64,000 nt of DNA from Octopus sinensis (Eukaryota): contig NC_042999.1 in the NCBI RefSeq assembly GCF_006345805.1, forward strand, positions 64,356,001 through 64,420,000. The letters run 5' to 3'. The first letter of the stretch is position 1. Each line of letters starts with the position of its first letter. This document shows, in pieces, positions 1 through 13,500 of this stretch. The notes below the pieces were generated by a model. That model searched no databases and was not told the DNA's origin. It saw only the letters and a program-made list of their open reading frames with translations. A program made the position numbers and the translations under genes.

Positions 1-26
1 CACATGCACAACTAATTCAGAAGAGC

Positions 27-333
27 GTGGAGGCGCAATGGCTCAGTGGTTAGGGCAGCGGACTCGTGGTCAGAGGATTGCAGTTTCGATTCCCAGACTG
101 GGCGTTGTGTGTGTTTATTGAGTGAAAACACCTAAAAGCTCCACGAGGCTCCGGCAGGGGGGGGGGGGCGACCCCTGTTGTACTCTTTCGCCCCAACTTT
201 CTTCCTGTTTCTTGGGTAACGCTGCAATGGGCTGGCGTCCCGTCCAGCTGGGGGAACACATATGCCACAGAAACCGGGAAACCGGGCCCATGAGCCTGGC
301 TAGGCTTGAAAAAGGTGCATGAATAAAAAATAA
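27..333 (+). mobile_element. tRNA-derived SINE (family A), tail variant 1
   Basis: A/B-box-like head (TGGCTCAGTGG...GTTTCGATTCC). 13-bp TSD aattcagaagagc at 14-26 and 334-346. Confidence 0.85.
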
Positions 334-362
334 AATTCAGAAGAGCAACAAGAATATCTCAC

Positions 363-522
363 CAAGGCACTGATCCACAGTTTGTCTCTTCTTTGTCTTG
401 TTCTCTTGTAATGCAACATTATGAGCTGCTGTCATCTTTACAAACCAAGCTGCCTTTATCATAGGGATGCTAAAATCACAGAGTGTTGAAAAAATTTCTT
501 CTTTCTTATTAAAAATAGGTAC
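363..522 (-). CDS. MED12: MED12 coding exon 6 (VPIFNKKEEIFSTLCDFSIPMIKAAWFVKMTAAHNVALQENKTKKRQTVDQCL); gene continues beyond the window start
   Basis: cag acceptor, GTGAG donor (phase 1), 160 nt. Aligns to [31 protein letters not shown]. Confidence 0.96.
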
Positions 523-1564
523 CTGTAAAAAACAATATAAGAAAGAACCGAGAATTAGTGGATACCAAGACTTACTGGGTACACAAAGTTCTCATATTGC
601 AATAACATTTTCATCTGAATGAGATATCTACAGCAAAAAAAAAAATCCATAAGCTGTCTACACATCAATAGTAAACTCACAAACATCATCATCATCATCG
701 TTTAACGTCTGCTTTCCATGCTAGCATGGGTTGGACGATTTTGACTGAGGGCTGGCGAACCAGATGGCTGCACCAGACTCCAATCTTGATCTGGCAGAGT
801 TTCTACAGCTGGATGCCCTTCCTAACACCAACCACTCTGAGAGTGTAGTGGGTGCTTTTTACGTTCCACCGGCATGGGGGCCAGTCAGGCGGTACTGGCA
901 ATGACTTCACTCGAATCTTTTTACACGTGCCAGTGAAGCGACGTTGGGCACGATCACGCTCAAATGGTGCCCTTTTACGTGCCACGGGTACGGAAGCCAG
1001 TTGGCTGCTCTGGCAACGATCACGCTCGGATGGTGCTCTTGGCACCCTACTAGCATGGGCTCAAGTGCCAGTATGGCGACGCTGGTAAAGAAGCACATGC
1101 TTTGTGGTATGGTTAAGAAGTTCACTTCAAGACTATGTAGGTGTAGGTTTGTGTACATCCCGCCACATAATGAAGGCATGTGGCTTAGTGGTTTATGTAT
1201 TTCGCTCATGATTGTAAGATTTGAGTTCGATTCCCGGTGGCATGTTGTGCTCTGGAGCATGACACTTACATTTCACAAACAGTTACTCAGAGTTTCACAT
1301 CGCTGATCAGACAGTTGTGGTGATAGGTTACATGAAACTCAGTAACAGTCCGTGAAGTCTTCTGAGCTCCATTAAATAAGAGTGAGTGTGTGTGTATGCA
1401 CTTATGTATGTAAATGTATGTTTATGTATGTGTGTGTGTGTGTGTCATCATCATTTAATGTCTGTTGTCCATGCTGGCATGGGTTGGAGGATTTGACCAG
1501 GGCTCGTAAACTGAGGAGCTGCATCAGACTCCAGCCTGATTCGGCATGCTTTCTACAGCTGTAT

Positions 1565-1638
<74 letters not shown>

Positions 1639-2930
1639 CACACACACACACACACATATATATATACATACACATGCGTATGTAAGCACACAAATGCGAA
1701 ACAAGATGGGAAAAAATAGTACTCAAATACCAGAGGTAGGGTAACATGTTTTTTTCTATTATAAAAGCTGCAAAAACATAACAGAAAACTGCTACTCAGA
1801 GTTTCACATTCCCATGTGTTGAGCAATATATAATAATTTATATTAAGATTTTTATAATTGTATTCTTATCTTACATGTATTGAATTATAATGTATATATG
1901 TATGTTATTATGGTTCTCGTTTTTGTTAAATAAATAAATAAGTCAACATTCTAATATCCGAAAGCTGATGAACCAACTAAATTGTTTCTCCATTTTCTTA
2001 TTTGTATTATTTGTATTATTGACTGGCTTCTGTGCCAGTGGCAGATAAAAAGCACCAACAGATCGTGGCCGCTGCCAGCCTCCCCTGGCACGTAAAAAGC
2101 ACCCAATACACTCACGGAGTGGTTGGCGTTAGGAAGGGTATCCAGCTGTAGAAACACTGCCAGATCAGACTGGAGCCTGGTGCAGCCTCCTGGATTCCCA
2201 GTCCCCGGTCGAACTTTTCCAACCCGTTCTAACACGGAAAACGGACATTAAATGATGATGATGATGATATATATATATATATATATGCATTAATCTTTCA
2301 CCAGTGGTAAGAAAAATCAACAATCGCCTCCTTGTCATTTTCATGCCATCATAAAATCAATGAACTAGCACCAGCATCATCCCACTGGAAACATGCAACC
2401 AACAACTTTATTATTCACAAAGCACAACAAAAAAACATTTCACCGAATGTCCTCAAATATCCGGTCACATTATGAAGCCCATTGCTTTTTAATCTCCCAA
2501 GTTCACAGAGTACAATCACTGGACCATAGTTCAATCATTCTTTTACAGTTGCTGCAATACTCTGCTGACCATTTTTAGCTGCAATACTCCACATCACACA
2601 GACATACAAATGTACAAAGGGATTACAAAGCAGACTTCAAGTAGAGAGGACATGTCATTAATAAGTTCAGAAATGGTGATGAAAGGACTCTGACAAGCCT
2701 AGCCGATAGATTGACTGATTGAGTGATTCAGCAACTGGTCAAGCAATTGACCAGTTAAGTTGTTAAATGGTCAACTAGTTGGCTAATAATAATAATAAAA
2801 GAAACAGAATCAGTACAAGTGTTTATTATTTACATAATGACCCTCTCAAGATATCAGACCTGCTTCAACACATGAGTTTACAACAAGGATCTTGCAAACC
2901 ATATACAAAATAAAAGAAAAAGATTTTCAC

Positions 2931-3014
2931 CTTTTTCACAAGTAACGAGAGTGGTTTACTTCCTGCTAAATCTTTAAACCAAGCCTCCATCGCGTTTCTA
3001 GTTCGTGCGGTCAC
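2931..3014 (-). CDS. MED12: MED12 coding exon 5 ([28 protein letters not shown])
   Basis: ccag acceptor, GT donor, 84 nt. Aligns to [28 protein letters not shown]. Confidence 0.95.
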
Positions 3015-3759
3015 CTGGAAGAGGACAATTCAAATGGTATATTCTGGAAATTTTACAGTAGATTGATCACTGGCAGTGAAACTGTCTTTATTCAGAATTT
3101 GATTTCTTATGTAGGAACAAGGCCAAAAAAATAAACGAGAAGGAAAAACATCTATTACAGCAACTCAGTACTTGACCAGTAGTCTATTTTATCATCCTAG
3201 GAAGGATGAAAAAATAAAACTGATCTTAGTGTGATTTGAACTCTGAACATAAAGAGCTGGAATATCTACAACAAAACGTTTTCTCGTATGCTCTGATTGT
3301 TCTATCAATTCATTGCATTTGTATAAGAGTTTCTAATATGGGTACATGGGCATAATTACTTGTTTTACTGGCCCCAGAAGGATCAATGGTAAAATTAACC
3401 CCAACACAAGATTTTAAAAAATTGCTGGGGAAGATATAGTTGATTAAATCAGCTCCATTACTGTCCTTAAAAAGAAAGAAAGAAAAAAAGAAATAATAAT
3501 AATAATGGTTTCAAATTTTTGCACAAGGCCAGCATTTAAGGGAATAGCTTAGTCAGTTACATCAACCAAAGTTTCTAGATGGTACTTATATTATGAATCC
3601 CTAAAGGATGAAAGACAAAGTCGAAAATGTAAAGTGCCATAAGAAATGTCACTAACCATTCTGCCTGGTGCACTAATGATTCTGCCAGCTCATCGACTTC
3701 AACAAGAACAACAATAATAATAATAATAATAATAATAACAATAGAAAAGAAGAACTTAC

Positions 3760-3867
3760 AGGTCTGAAATTATCTTTGATATTAAGCTGTTGTTTCTTCT
3801 TTCCTGTGTCTTGGAATGTGTTCAGCTCAGTTTTCTTTGTCATCATGGAACTAAAGCATGTCCCCAC
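3760..3867 (-). CDS. MED12: MED12 coding exon 4 (VGTCFSSMMTKKTELNTFQDTGKKKQQLNIKDNFRP)
   Basis: cag acceptor, GTAAGT donor, 108 nt. Aligns to NTLPDTGRRKPQVNQKDNF. Confidence 0.95.
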
Positions 3868-4951
3868 CTGAAGGGATGAGAAACACAGGCCCAAACATAT
3901 AAATGAACAAGCAATGGTTCCACAGCTACACAGTATGGTTACTGTGGAAGATTATAGACATAGGTCAAGGAATAGAGTTTAAAAAAGCAATTTTATGAAC
4001 ACATGGAGATAAAATCATTAACTCCTGATTAAATGATTAAAGAAACTAAAACAAATTTGGAATATGTATAACCACAGATGGTATGGTCTGCTACAATAAA
4101 TAGCAATAGCAGAGAAAAATTTGAAGCAGTAATTACCACAAGAGTGGAATGGTTTACAACAGTAAACAGCAGTAACTGCATCCATCATTCACAACTGAGT
4201 ATGACTTGGTAGAATGTAGCAGGATTTCATAAATTATTTTATGTGTCGCTTAAAGTGGATGAACACATGGAAGCAAGAGACCCAGAAGACATGGGATGAG
4301 GTACTGAAGAACAACCTCAGGACGCTGAACCTTTCATGTGAGATGACACAGGAATGAGATACCTATTTCTTTACTACCCACATGGGGCTAAACACAGAGA
4401 AAACAAACAAGGACAGACAAACGGATTAAGTTGATTATATGGACCCCAGTGCATAACTGGTACTTAATTTATCGACCCCGAAAAGATGAAAGGCAAAGTC
4501 AACCTCGGCGGAATTTGAACTCAGAACGTAACGGCAGACGAAATACAGCTACGCATTTTGCCCGGTGTGCTAATGTTTCTACCAGCTCGCCGCCTTAGGA
4601 ATGGAATACCTGGCACCTTGCTAAGAAGACCTGTCCTCTACAGCAGAAGTGCTAAGACCAATCCTTCAGATGGTATAACACACTCGCGATGGAGCCACAT
4701 AAAAGTGCTCGTGCAGTGCAGCATAAAGTACCTGTGTGGCGTCACAAAAAAGCACCCGTGCGGTGCCATGTAAAAGTGCCCATGCAGCTTCACGTAAAAG
4801 CACCCAGCACACTGTAAAGTGGCTGGCATTAGGAAGGGCATCCAGCCATAGGAAACCATGCCAAATCAGACCTGGAGTCTGGTGCAGCTCCCCAGCTTGT
4901 CACCTCTGGTCAAACCCTCCAACCCATGCCAGCATAGACACTGGACGTTAA

Positions 4952-5171
4952 CTCTTTCGATACTAACCCAGCTGAAACCGACTCTGGCTCTGCAGTACCA
5001 ATGTCTTGTTTTCATAAGTATCGAATTAAAATCTTCCACCAAACCTCAGTCACAATTTATGTTCCTAACACTAGTTTAATGATGACTAAATTATATTACT
5101 AAATTCTTTGTTATATTTAAAATTAAATGAAAGAAACAGAGCATCTCAAAATAAATACGGTAACGAAAGGG
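4952..5171. mobile_element. piggyBac-type MITE inserted at the TTAA of a family D tail
   Basis: TTAA on both sides, CCCTTTCGTTAC-like TIRs. The host tail resumes after the element. Confidence 0.8.
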
Positions 5172-5574
5172 TTAAATGACAATGATGATGATGATGACGA
5201 TAATAATGTCCCTGTAGCTGCAAGGAGGCAGTACACCTTCTTAGCCTATCCACAGATGACCAAGCTGTGACAACTAAAGGGAGAGAAATCTGTACCAACA
5301 CTCAGTTGATATTCATTTCAGCTGGGTTGGCTGAAGCCATATGAAATGAAGTGTTAGCTCCAAGTCACAATGTTGTTGACCAGTCCAGGAAAAGAGTTCA
5401 TGATCGCATGGTCTTGAGCTCAATATTCTAAACACTAGGTCACATGTCCTCACAACAACAACAATTAAAATATAAAAATAGAAGTAGATAATACCCCAAA
5501 AATGGTATGGTTTTACAACGGTAGACAATAGCGCTTTTATAAAATTGACATATAGCACTGAGTTTTGACACCCT

Positions 5575-6100
5575 TATCATCATCATCATCATCATCATCG
5601 TTTAACGTCAGCTTTCCATGCTAGCATGGGTTGGACGAATGACTAAGGACTGGCGAACCAGATGGCTGCACCAGGTTCCAATCTGATCTGGCAGAGTTTC
5701 TACAGTTGGATGCCCTTCCTAATGCCAACCACTCTGAGAGTGTAGTGGGTGCTTTTACGTGCCACCAGCATGGGGCCAATCAGGCAGTACTGGCAACGAC
5801 CTTGCTCGAATCTTTTTACACATGCCACTGGCACAGGTGCCAGTAAGGCGACGTTGGTAACGATCAAGCTTGAATGGTGTCTTTTACGTGCCACCGGCAT
5901 GGAGGCCAGATAGCCGCTCTGGCAACGATCACACTCGGATGGTAATCTTAATACCCTACTAGCACGCGGCTCGAGTGCCAGTAAGGTAATGCTGGCAACG
6001 ATCATGCTCGAATGGTGCCTTTTAAATGCCACTGGCACTGAAGCCGGTTAGCCGCTCTGTCAATGATCACACTCGTATGGTGCTCTTTGCACCCTGCTAG
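5575..6100 (-). mobile_element. Family D repeat with an RTE-type (GAT)n tail and internal subrepeats (others at 682-1090 -, 1440-1560 -, 2020-2270 +, 4690-4950 +, 16090-16370 +, 16930-17080 +, 17560-17915 +, 54605-54880 +)
   Basis: Common 3' end aacccatgctagcatggaaa.cggacgttaaacgatgatgatg. Confidence 0.8.
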
Positions 6101-6561
6101 CAATTGATACTATGATAATATAGTGTAAAAGACAACTATTTTTAATCCATAAAAATTTAATAAATACTTTACTCAACAGAGACTGAAAAGAGTAAGTTTA
6201 CTCAAATAAATTCATGGCTGTACTTCATTCCATCCATGAATTAAAACTTTATTGCTACAGTTATTTTGTTACTGTGCTATAATATGTCAGCTGACTGGGA
6301 ACATCAGTGTTGTACTGTAAAGCATACAGCACTGATGCTTTCAGTCAACTTGGCTGACAACAGGTTCTATACATACTTTATAGTTGAGAAGTTGGTGAAA
6401 AAGAGCAACATCTAACTGTAAAAACAACTTAAATATATATTTTTTAACTACCCACAAGGGGCTAAATTTAACAGGCATGGTAACAATATCAACACTGAAC
6501 CCTAAACACCTCACACTCTTCTACAAGTGATCTTTCACAATAAAAAAAAAATTCTCCTTAC

Positions 6562-6615
6562 CTTAGAGAACAAAGCAACTTTATCTTGGTTGATGGAACG
6601 ACAGGCAGATCCATA
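6562..6615 (-). CDS. MED12: MED12 coding exon 3 (YGSACRSINQDKVALFSK)
   Basis: Poly-T/ccag acceptor, GTAAGG donor, 54 nt, phase 0/0. Aligns to HGSAKNVSFNPAK. Confidence 0.9.
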
Positions 6616-8446
6616 CTGGAAAAAAAAAAAAGAAGATATTTATTAGGTATTAACAAATCCATCACACAACTAAAACCGTTATAAAAATTTTTACAAATGT
6701 GAGTTCTCACAATCAACTATCTCTCATAATCTCTGTGGGTAACCACATATCTAAAACATAGCCAAAACTAGGTTTCTCTTCAGGGCCAGAAATTACTTTG
6801 GAGTTCAATACTGCTTGCCTATCTCAGACCTCATCCAAAAACTGCCACCTGATTGACTGGAAAGCCGTCAACTACAAACACTACAACTACTATTTCCATA
6901 GATGTCTTGTGGTCTCTCCTCCTCCTGATGAAAGTTAATGCAGATGAAAATCGATATGAATGATGGAGACTGGAAGAAATGACTATGATTTATGTAGGTG
7001 ATAAAGATTGATACTGTTGATGATTGGTACCAATGATTACGATTAATACAGATGATGGAGGTTAAAACAAATTACTACCACTACTACTACTGCTACTACT
7101 ACTACTACTACTGCTGTTGGTGCTGCTGCAAGTACTGCCACACACACTGCAGCTGTTTTTGTTACTATTGTTGTTGTTGTTGATGGTGGTGGTGATGATG
7201 ATGATGATGAGGAGGAGGACAATGATACTTCAACCATTACCATGACAACCACCACCGCAACAGTACAGCAATAACTACCACTACTTCTGCAACTAATGTA
7301 GCTACTACTACTACTACTACTACTGTTGTTGTTGTTGTTCCAGTTCTTGTGAACTTTAAAAACTGTATCCCCAACTATACTACGTCAGACCAAATTTCAC
7401 CCAGTCCTTTCCTATTATAATCAAGTTGTCTGGAACTACATTCCTGCCCAACATGACTGCAACATTTATTAACCTGCAGAAAGTCAAGATTTTTTTTTGT
7501 AGAGAAGGCCTACACTAAAATACTGGAGCCCCTCACCTCATGTGTCTGTGTAGTTTTATTATCAATAATTAGCAGAAGATACAGTGACTCAAGGGCCAAG
7601 AGTTCTGTGCATGGATAAGCGTTAATCCATGAAACTCTTAGCCCTTGAGACACTCTGTAACTTCTACTGATCATTAATAATTAATACACACACACACACA
7701 CACAGAAGAAAAAGGAAACAATTTTTTACAAATTACATTGAAAGCTATACACGAGTATTATTATAGTAGATAGATATCAAAATTTTCATCACACTGGAGC
7801 AATGTCAGTGACCAAGTCTCAGAGTGCAATGAAAATTATGACACCAAGTAATATCTGATTAAGTTGAAGCTAACAGTTTGTGTGCTTTTGAATAACTACA
7901 AGGAGTCTTCCATTGTAATTGCTTAAATTTCAACACACAGTTTCAGATCCAATCAACTGCCAGGCAAACCAAAAACTAAGCAATGTATTACATAAAGAAT
8001 ATCTTTTACTCTTTTACTTGTTTCAGTCATTTGACTGTGGCCATGCTAGAGCACCGCCTTTAGTTGAGCAAATCGACCCCAGGACTTATTCTTTGTAAGC
8101 CTAGTACTTATTCTATCGGTATCTTTTGCTGAACCGCTAAGTTATGGGGACGTAAACACACCAGCATCGGTTGTCAAGCACAGACACACAAACATATACA
8201 CATACACATGCATACATACATACATATACATATATACGACGGGCTTCTTGCAGTTTCCGTCTACCAAATCCACTCACAAGGCTTTGGCTGGCCCGAGACT
8301 ATAGTAGAAGACACTTGTCCAAGGTGCCACCCAGTGGGACTGAACCTGGAATCATGTGGTTAGTAAGCAAGCTACTTACCACACAGCCACTCCTATGCCT
8401 ATATGGTGAAGACTGGATTAAATTGAGAATTACAGATCATTTAAAG

Positions 8447-8686
8447 CAGTGGTGCTCAACTAGGGTCCATATCAGATTTTGTTGTTAAAATTTATATGCA
8501 ATACATTGGTTATAATTCTACAATACACAAATCATTTCAACAATATTTTTTTTATACAATTTCTAATAATATATAATTATAAAAATATAATTGGATTTTT
8601 TCAAACATTGAATGGCTAGGAGGGTCCATCTGAATAAAATGGGAATGAAAGGGGTCCATAGATAAAAAAATGGTTGGGAAACACTG
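8447..8686. mobile_element. hAT-type MITE
   Basis: CAGTG...CACTG termini. 8-bp TSD atttaaag/attgaaag (1 mismatch). A related copy at 54042-54376 has no clear TSD. Confidence 0.75.
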
Positions 8687-8708
8687 ATTGAAAGCAAACA
8701 AATGTTAC

Positions 8709-8771
8709 CTCATCTGTGATCGTACAGTTATTGTTGAAACCATGTTTGACATTGAGTGTTGACAATTCATC
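8709..8771 (-). CDS. MED12: MED12 coding exon 2 (DELSTLNVKHGFNNNCTITDE)
   Basis: ttttcag acceptor, GTAAC donor, 63 nt, phase 0/0. Matches MED12 DELTALNVKQGFNN. Confidence 0.95.
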
Positions 8772-10222
8772 CTGAAAAATAAAGAAATTATTATAATTAA
8801 CAATAAATCAGAATAAAATTATTTACATTATTTACAGACATTTGTCCTCATCTTGTTTGTTGTTAACACATTTCGGCCGATATACCCTCCAGCCTTCGTC
8901 AGGTGTCTTGGGGAAATTTCGAACCTGGGTTCTCATTCCTAAGGTATTTTTTTCAATGTTGTTGTTGTTGTTATTATTATCATTCAGGTCACTGTCTGGA
9001 ATTGAACTTGGAATCTTGGGGTTAGTATACCACAGTAGAATTATCATTGATCTGTAATAACTTCGCTTTTTAGAAAATAAAAGTAGTGTTAGATAAATTT
9101 GGGGGTACTGATTCCAAATATAACATCAACTTCTGTCTGACATGTTAATTTTAATTGCTAAGCACCAAATGCCAGAAAAGTGAAATCACTCATTTCTAGC
9201 ATTTTAGAAAAATCACCAATAACAGTAATTCTTTCTTTCAAACCATTCTACTATTTTAAAATTGAAATAGTATCTACAACTCATTTTTAAGATGACAGAC
9301 AAGTTAATTTCTTATGAAGATTAGAGGCCAAACTGGTCTAATAATTAAGACAGGTACCTAAACCAGTGTAAGAAAATATTTTCTAGATTAACTCCATGGC
9401 CAGATGTGTTTCTTATGGAAGGTTGGTAATGAACAGCCTCACTTGTATGACAATGGTGCTCATTTACAACCATCACATGATGACAAGACAGAGTATCTTG
9501 TATAACTGACAATTACTATTAGCTGAGAAAGGCTGTAAAGCAAATGCACTTCTTATGAAGACTTGGAAATGAGATGGTCCAGTTGGTACATTTAAAAGAA
9601 AGTTATGAAGCCACTGTATGGAAAAAAGCACAGATACTACTAATACAATTAAATGTGGAGATTTGAAAGTGAATGGCATTCTGCTTGGCCAACAAAATAG
9701 TTACATGAAATTTATCTTTTTGTGTTTTAAGGGACAATTAAGCTAAAAGAAATCATTGAAAAACAAATGAGTATGGAGATGAGATTTTGGTGATGCAAAG
9801 CAAAATATTAAGAACATCTCCCTATCCCACAACTAAAACCAAGTAATGTCTTGTTCCAAGAGTCTCATATATCAAACTAGATCTAATGAAGCAACTGATT
9901 GAAAGTATTAGATAAAGTAGATGACTCTTTTGAATATTTGTGTGGAAAACATCTGGCACTAAGTCAAGAGAAATATTGAAGTTTATCTTTGATAGGTTAA
10001 AGCTCAAAAACATTAAAAAAAGATGAGCTATTTATGAGTTTATTTAAACCTGTTGGGAAAATGTCTTGGTAGCTTCACTGATACTGTGAAAAACTTTTTG
10101 CTCTGACCAACAATAAATCTGAAAACTACAGAGTTCAGGAATGTAATATGAAGATTAAAATAGTCTTTTTCCTTTCCCAACAGCCATTTAGATTTCTTCT
10201 TTACCAATTTAGGGGTTGTTAA

Positions 10223-10434
10223 CCCTTTTGATACCAACCTCCATCAGACCACCTCTGGCTCTGTAGTACAAGCATCTTGTTTTCAAAAGTCCTAAATTAA
10301 AATCTTCCATGTTAATTATATCATCCAAACACCAATTAATAATGACAAAAGTTATTTTACTAAATTCTTCATTATTTTCACAATAAATTGAATTCAAGAG
10401 AGAGCATTTCAACAAAAATATGGTAACAAAATGG
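10223..10434. mobile_element. piggyBac-type MITE (same family)
   Basis: TTAA flanks. Homologous to 4952-5171. Confidence 0.75.
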
Positions 10435-11694
10435 TTAATAAAGAGCAAACAAAGTGTTCCACCAAGACACAAAAATTATGGTGAAAAAAAAATTTTAAAT
10501 GGTGGAATACAAATATAATGGCAAAGTATTGTAATCATGTGAGATAATTCAAGAAGAACGAGTTACTTCCAATACTTGCCAAATCTTGTTTTCATGTTTA
10601 TTCTATATCTTCAGAAATTGAATTAACAGAAAATTAATGGAATTTGTATATGGGTGATACATTTCTTCCTTCAATCTAGTTCCTTTTAGTATTATGTATG
10701 TCATCTTAGTGATATTTGATGTGGCTGGTTAATGCTAAAGTAACTACATGTGCTATTTTTTAATGCATTTTTACAACATTTGTCCAATTCTCATAAATAT
10801 AAGCCTAATGTAGCACCTAAGTAAAAGTGAAAAAGATTAGCTCTTGACTACAATCTAGCTCACCTACTACATAACTGCTACTTCTGTTTTACTAATATTT
10901 GCATATAGGGGCTATTGTGAAGAGCAGAGAATGTTTTACCAAGACACAAAAAGTGCAGAAAAAGATAAAGGGCCACTCAAATGGTTAGCATAAAGTCAAT
11001 CATAGACATGCTCTCACATCTGGTCTACAGGCATGCAGTTTCCTCTCTCTGAATATCAAATGTTAGCAGAAGTAAAAATAACAAAGTTCTCACTACTGAC
11101 AATAGAGGCTGGAAAGATGCTCATCATTATTATTTTGATATTCACTTTTCTAAGCTTATATGAATCAGACAGAATTTGTTCAGAGATTTTCTCATGGCTG
11201 GATACCCTTCTTGTTGCTGATCTTCACTTGTTTCCATCCAAGATATTTCTCCAAGACCTTTTGCAGAATATTGGCAATGAATGATACTGCTTGTATTGCA
11301 GTGACATTCATTTACAACCATCATGCAATGCCAAGACAAGGATTTTCAGAGAGAGAGAGAGAGAGAGAGGCTTCTTTCAACCAAATTCACTCACAAGGAA
11401 GGAATTGGTCAGCCTAGAGCTTATAGAAGAAGACACTTGCCCAAGGTTTCACACAATGGGACAGAAACCAAAACTGTGGAGTTGGGATGAAAACTTCTTA
11501 AACTACACAGCTATGCCTACACCTAAAAATGATAAAGATGACAAACCAATGCCCAACAAAACCCAACCCTATATTATACGAGAATCCCTTGATACTGTTA
11601 CTTTCTGCATTGACTTGTGAACAGAAACAGATGTTAAGCAATATTATCTATATCTTAGAGCCTAAAGGGAGGTTATTATCAAGAACCATCGTCA

Positions 11695-12000
11695 TCATTG
11701 TTAGACAATGGAATTTACTGTGTTACGCCAGGCTTCGTGGTCCATCATAGCATTACGGAGGTCCTGTTGCTGGATGCTTGTATCCCTGGAGATTACATCA
11801 GGGTAGGAGTGTGTGCGCCCTTTGGTATCGCAAGCAGATGGTTTCCAGAGAAGAGTAGAAATTACCTCGTTTTCAGCTCTACAACAATGTCCAGCAAACT
11901 GGACTCTTCTACCTTTCACAAGAGATGATACAGGTGGTAATTCCCCATATATTTGTACTTTGGTTGGATGACGCTTCCACAAGAGATTTTGATCAAGAAT
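11695..12000 (-). mobile_element. RTE-clade LINE 3' fragment
   Basis: WKRHPTK.QIYGELPPVS..VKGRRVQFAGHC.R, typical of the RTE C-terminal region. Confidence 0.8.
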
Positions 12001-13056
12001 GAGCATTAGCAAGTAACTGAAAGTCAACTTCTTCTTCAGGCCAATTCATTTCAATCTTGCAGTAGCAGTTAAACTAGTAGATGGTGTCAATGACCCATCA
12101 GCTATTGACTCAGTTACTGCTCATCCACCTCAAATTTCTACAAGAGGGACTTTACCCTTTGCTATTCAGACTACCCTATCAAATGTAATATTTATTTATT
12201 CATATTTTATAAAATTAATTCTGTATAATCTTGCAGCTTTGATATTTCAAAGATATGTTTATTTTCAGAATGACATTGCCGGGTAGGTGTGAGAGGCCTC
12301 ACCTGGTCAGTTTTACCATAAAACAGGTAGAATATTTGGGTCAGACATGGCTAGTTTAAATGCTAAAAGGTTAAGAACCAGTGAAGTATCATAGCTCTTC
12401 TTACTCATAATGATATATATATATATCCATGATGATAATATTAAAACTAATGTCTAACATAAATACGAGACTGCAAATTTAGGTTCAGATTAGTTAATTA
12501 ACTCACTCTATCCCATACACCTACTTGATGAGTACCCGAGTACCTTATTTTATCAAACCCGGAAGGATGAAAAGCAAAGCTGGCCCTAACAGAATCTCAG
12601 CTCAGAAAGGAAAGAGCCAAAACAAATATCACAAAGCATTTTGTTTGTTATTCTAAACGTTCTACCAAACCATCATTCCAATAATAATTCATTCTTATTT
12701 TGGCACAAGGCTAGCAATTTTGAGGGAAGTCAATGAAATCGAACCCAGTGTTCAACTGGTACGTATTTTATTAACTCCTAAAAGGATGAAAGACAAAACC
12801 AACCTCAGCAGGGTTTGAACTCAGACATCAAGAACAGGAAAAATACAGCTAAGCATTTTATTTAATGATCTAACAATTCTACTTTAATAATCATTTCTAC
12901 TGGAAGCACAAGGCTTCAAATTTGGTGGGGCGGGGACTAGTCGATTACATCGACCCCAGTGTTTCAGTGTTATTTAATTTATCGACCCCAAAACGATGAA
13001 ATGCAAAGTCGAGCTTTCATTTGAAGCCCATCACTTTAATAATAATAATAATAATA

Positions 13057-13500
13057 AAGTGTGTTTATTAATTGACATGAGTATTCCTTGCGATCACCAT
13101 ATAGCGGAGAAAGAATTTGACAAGATCAGTAAATATAAAGACTTGCTAATAGAAATTGAAAAAATGTGGCATCTCAAGGTGACTACAGTACCAGTGATTG
13201 TAGGATCTCTAGGAATGATAGAAAAAGGTACTGAAACCTATTTGAAAATGATACCAGGCTTACCATCCCTACAGGAAGTGCAAAAAATTGTGTTAACTGG
13301 AACGAATCATGTACTGAGAAGAGCATTATCACTGTGAAAACAACATCCATTCATGAATTTATTTATTTATTGATTTTTTTTAAATACATATATTTTACCT
13401 GTGAATTTGCATGTGTAATCTGGGAATGCATTCAATGAGATTCTCTGCCCTGGGTGTATGGAAAACACTCGGCGAGAAATGGAAGAAAATTTGAAGAAAG
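13057..13500 (+). mobile_element. Restriction-like-endonuclease LINE 3' fragment (R4/Dong-like), preceded by (AAT)n
   Basis: CLLIDMSIPCD..EKEFDKISKYKDL..E..W..VPVIVGSLG RLE signature, then a stop codon and 3'UTR. Confidence 0.8.
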
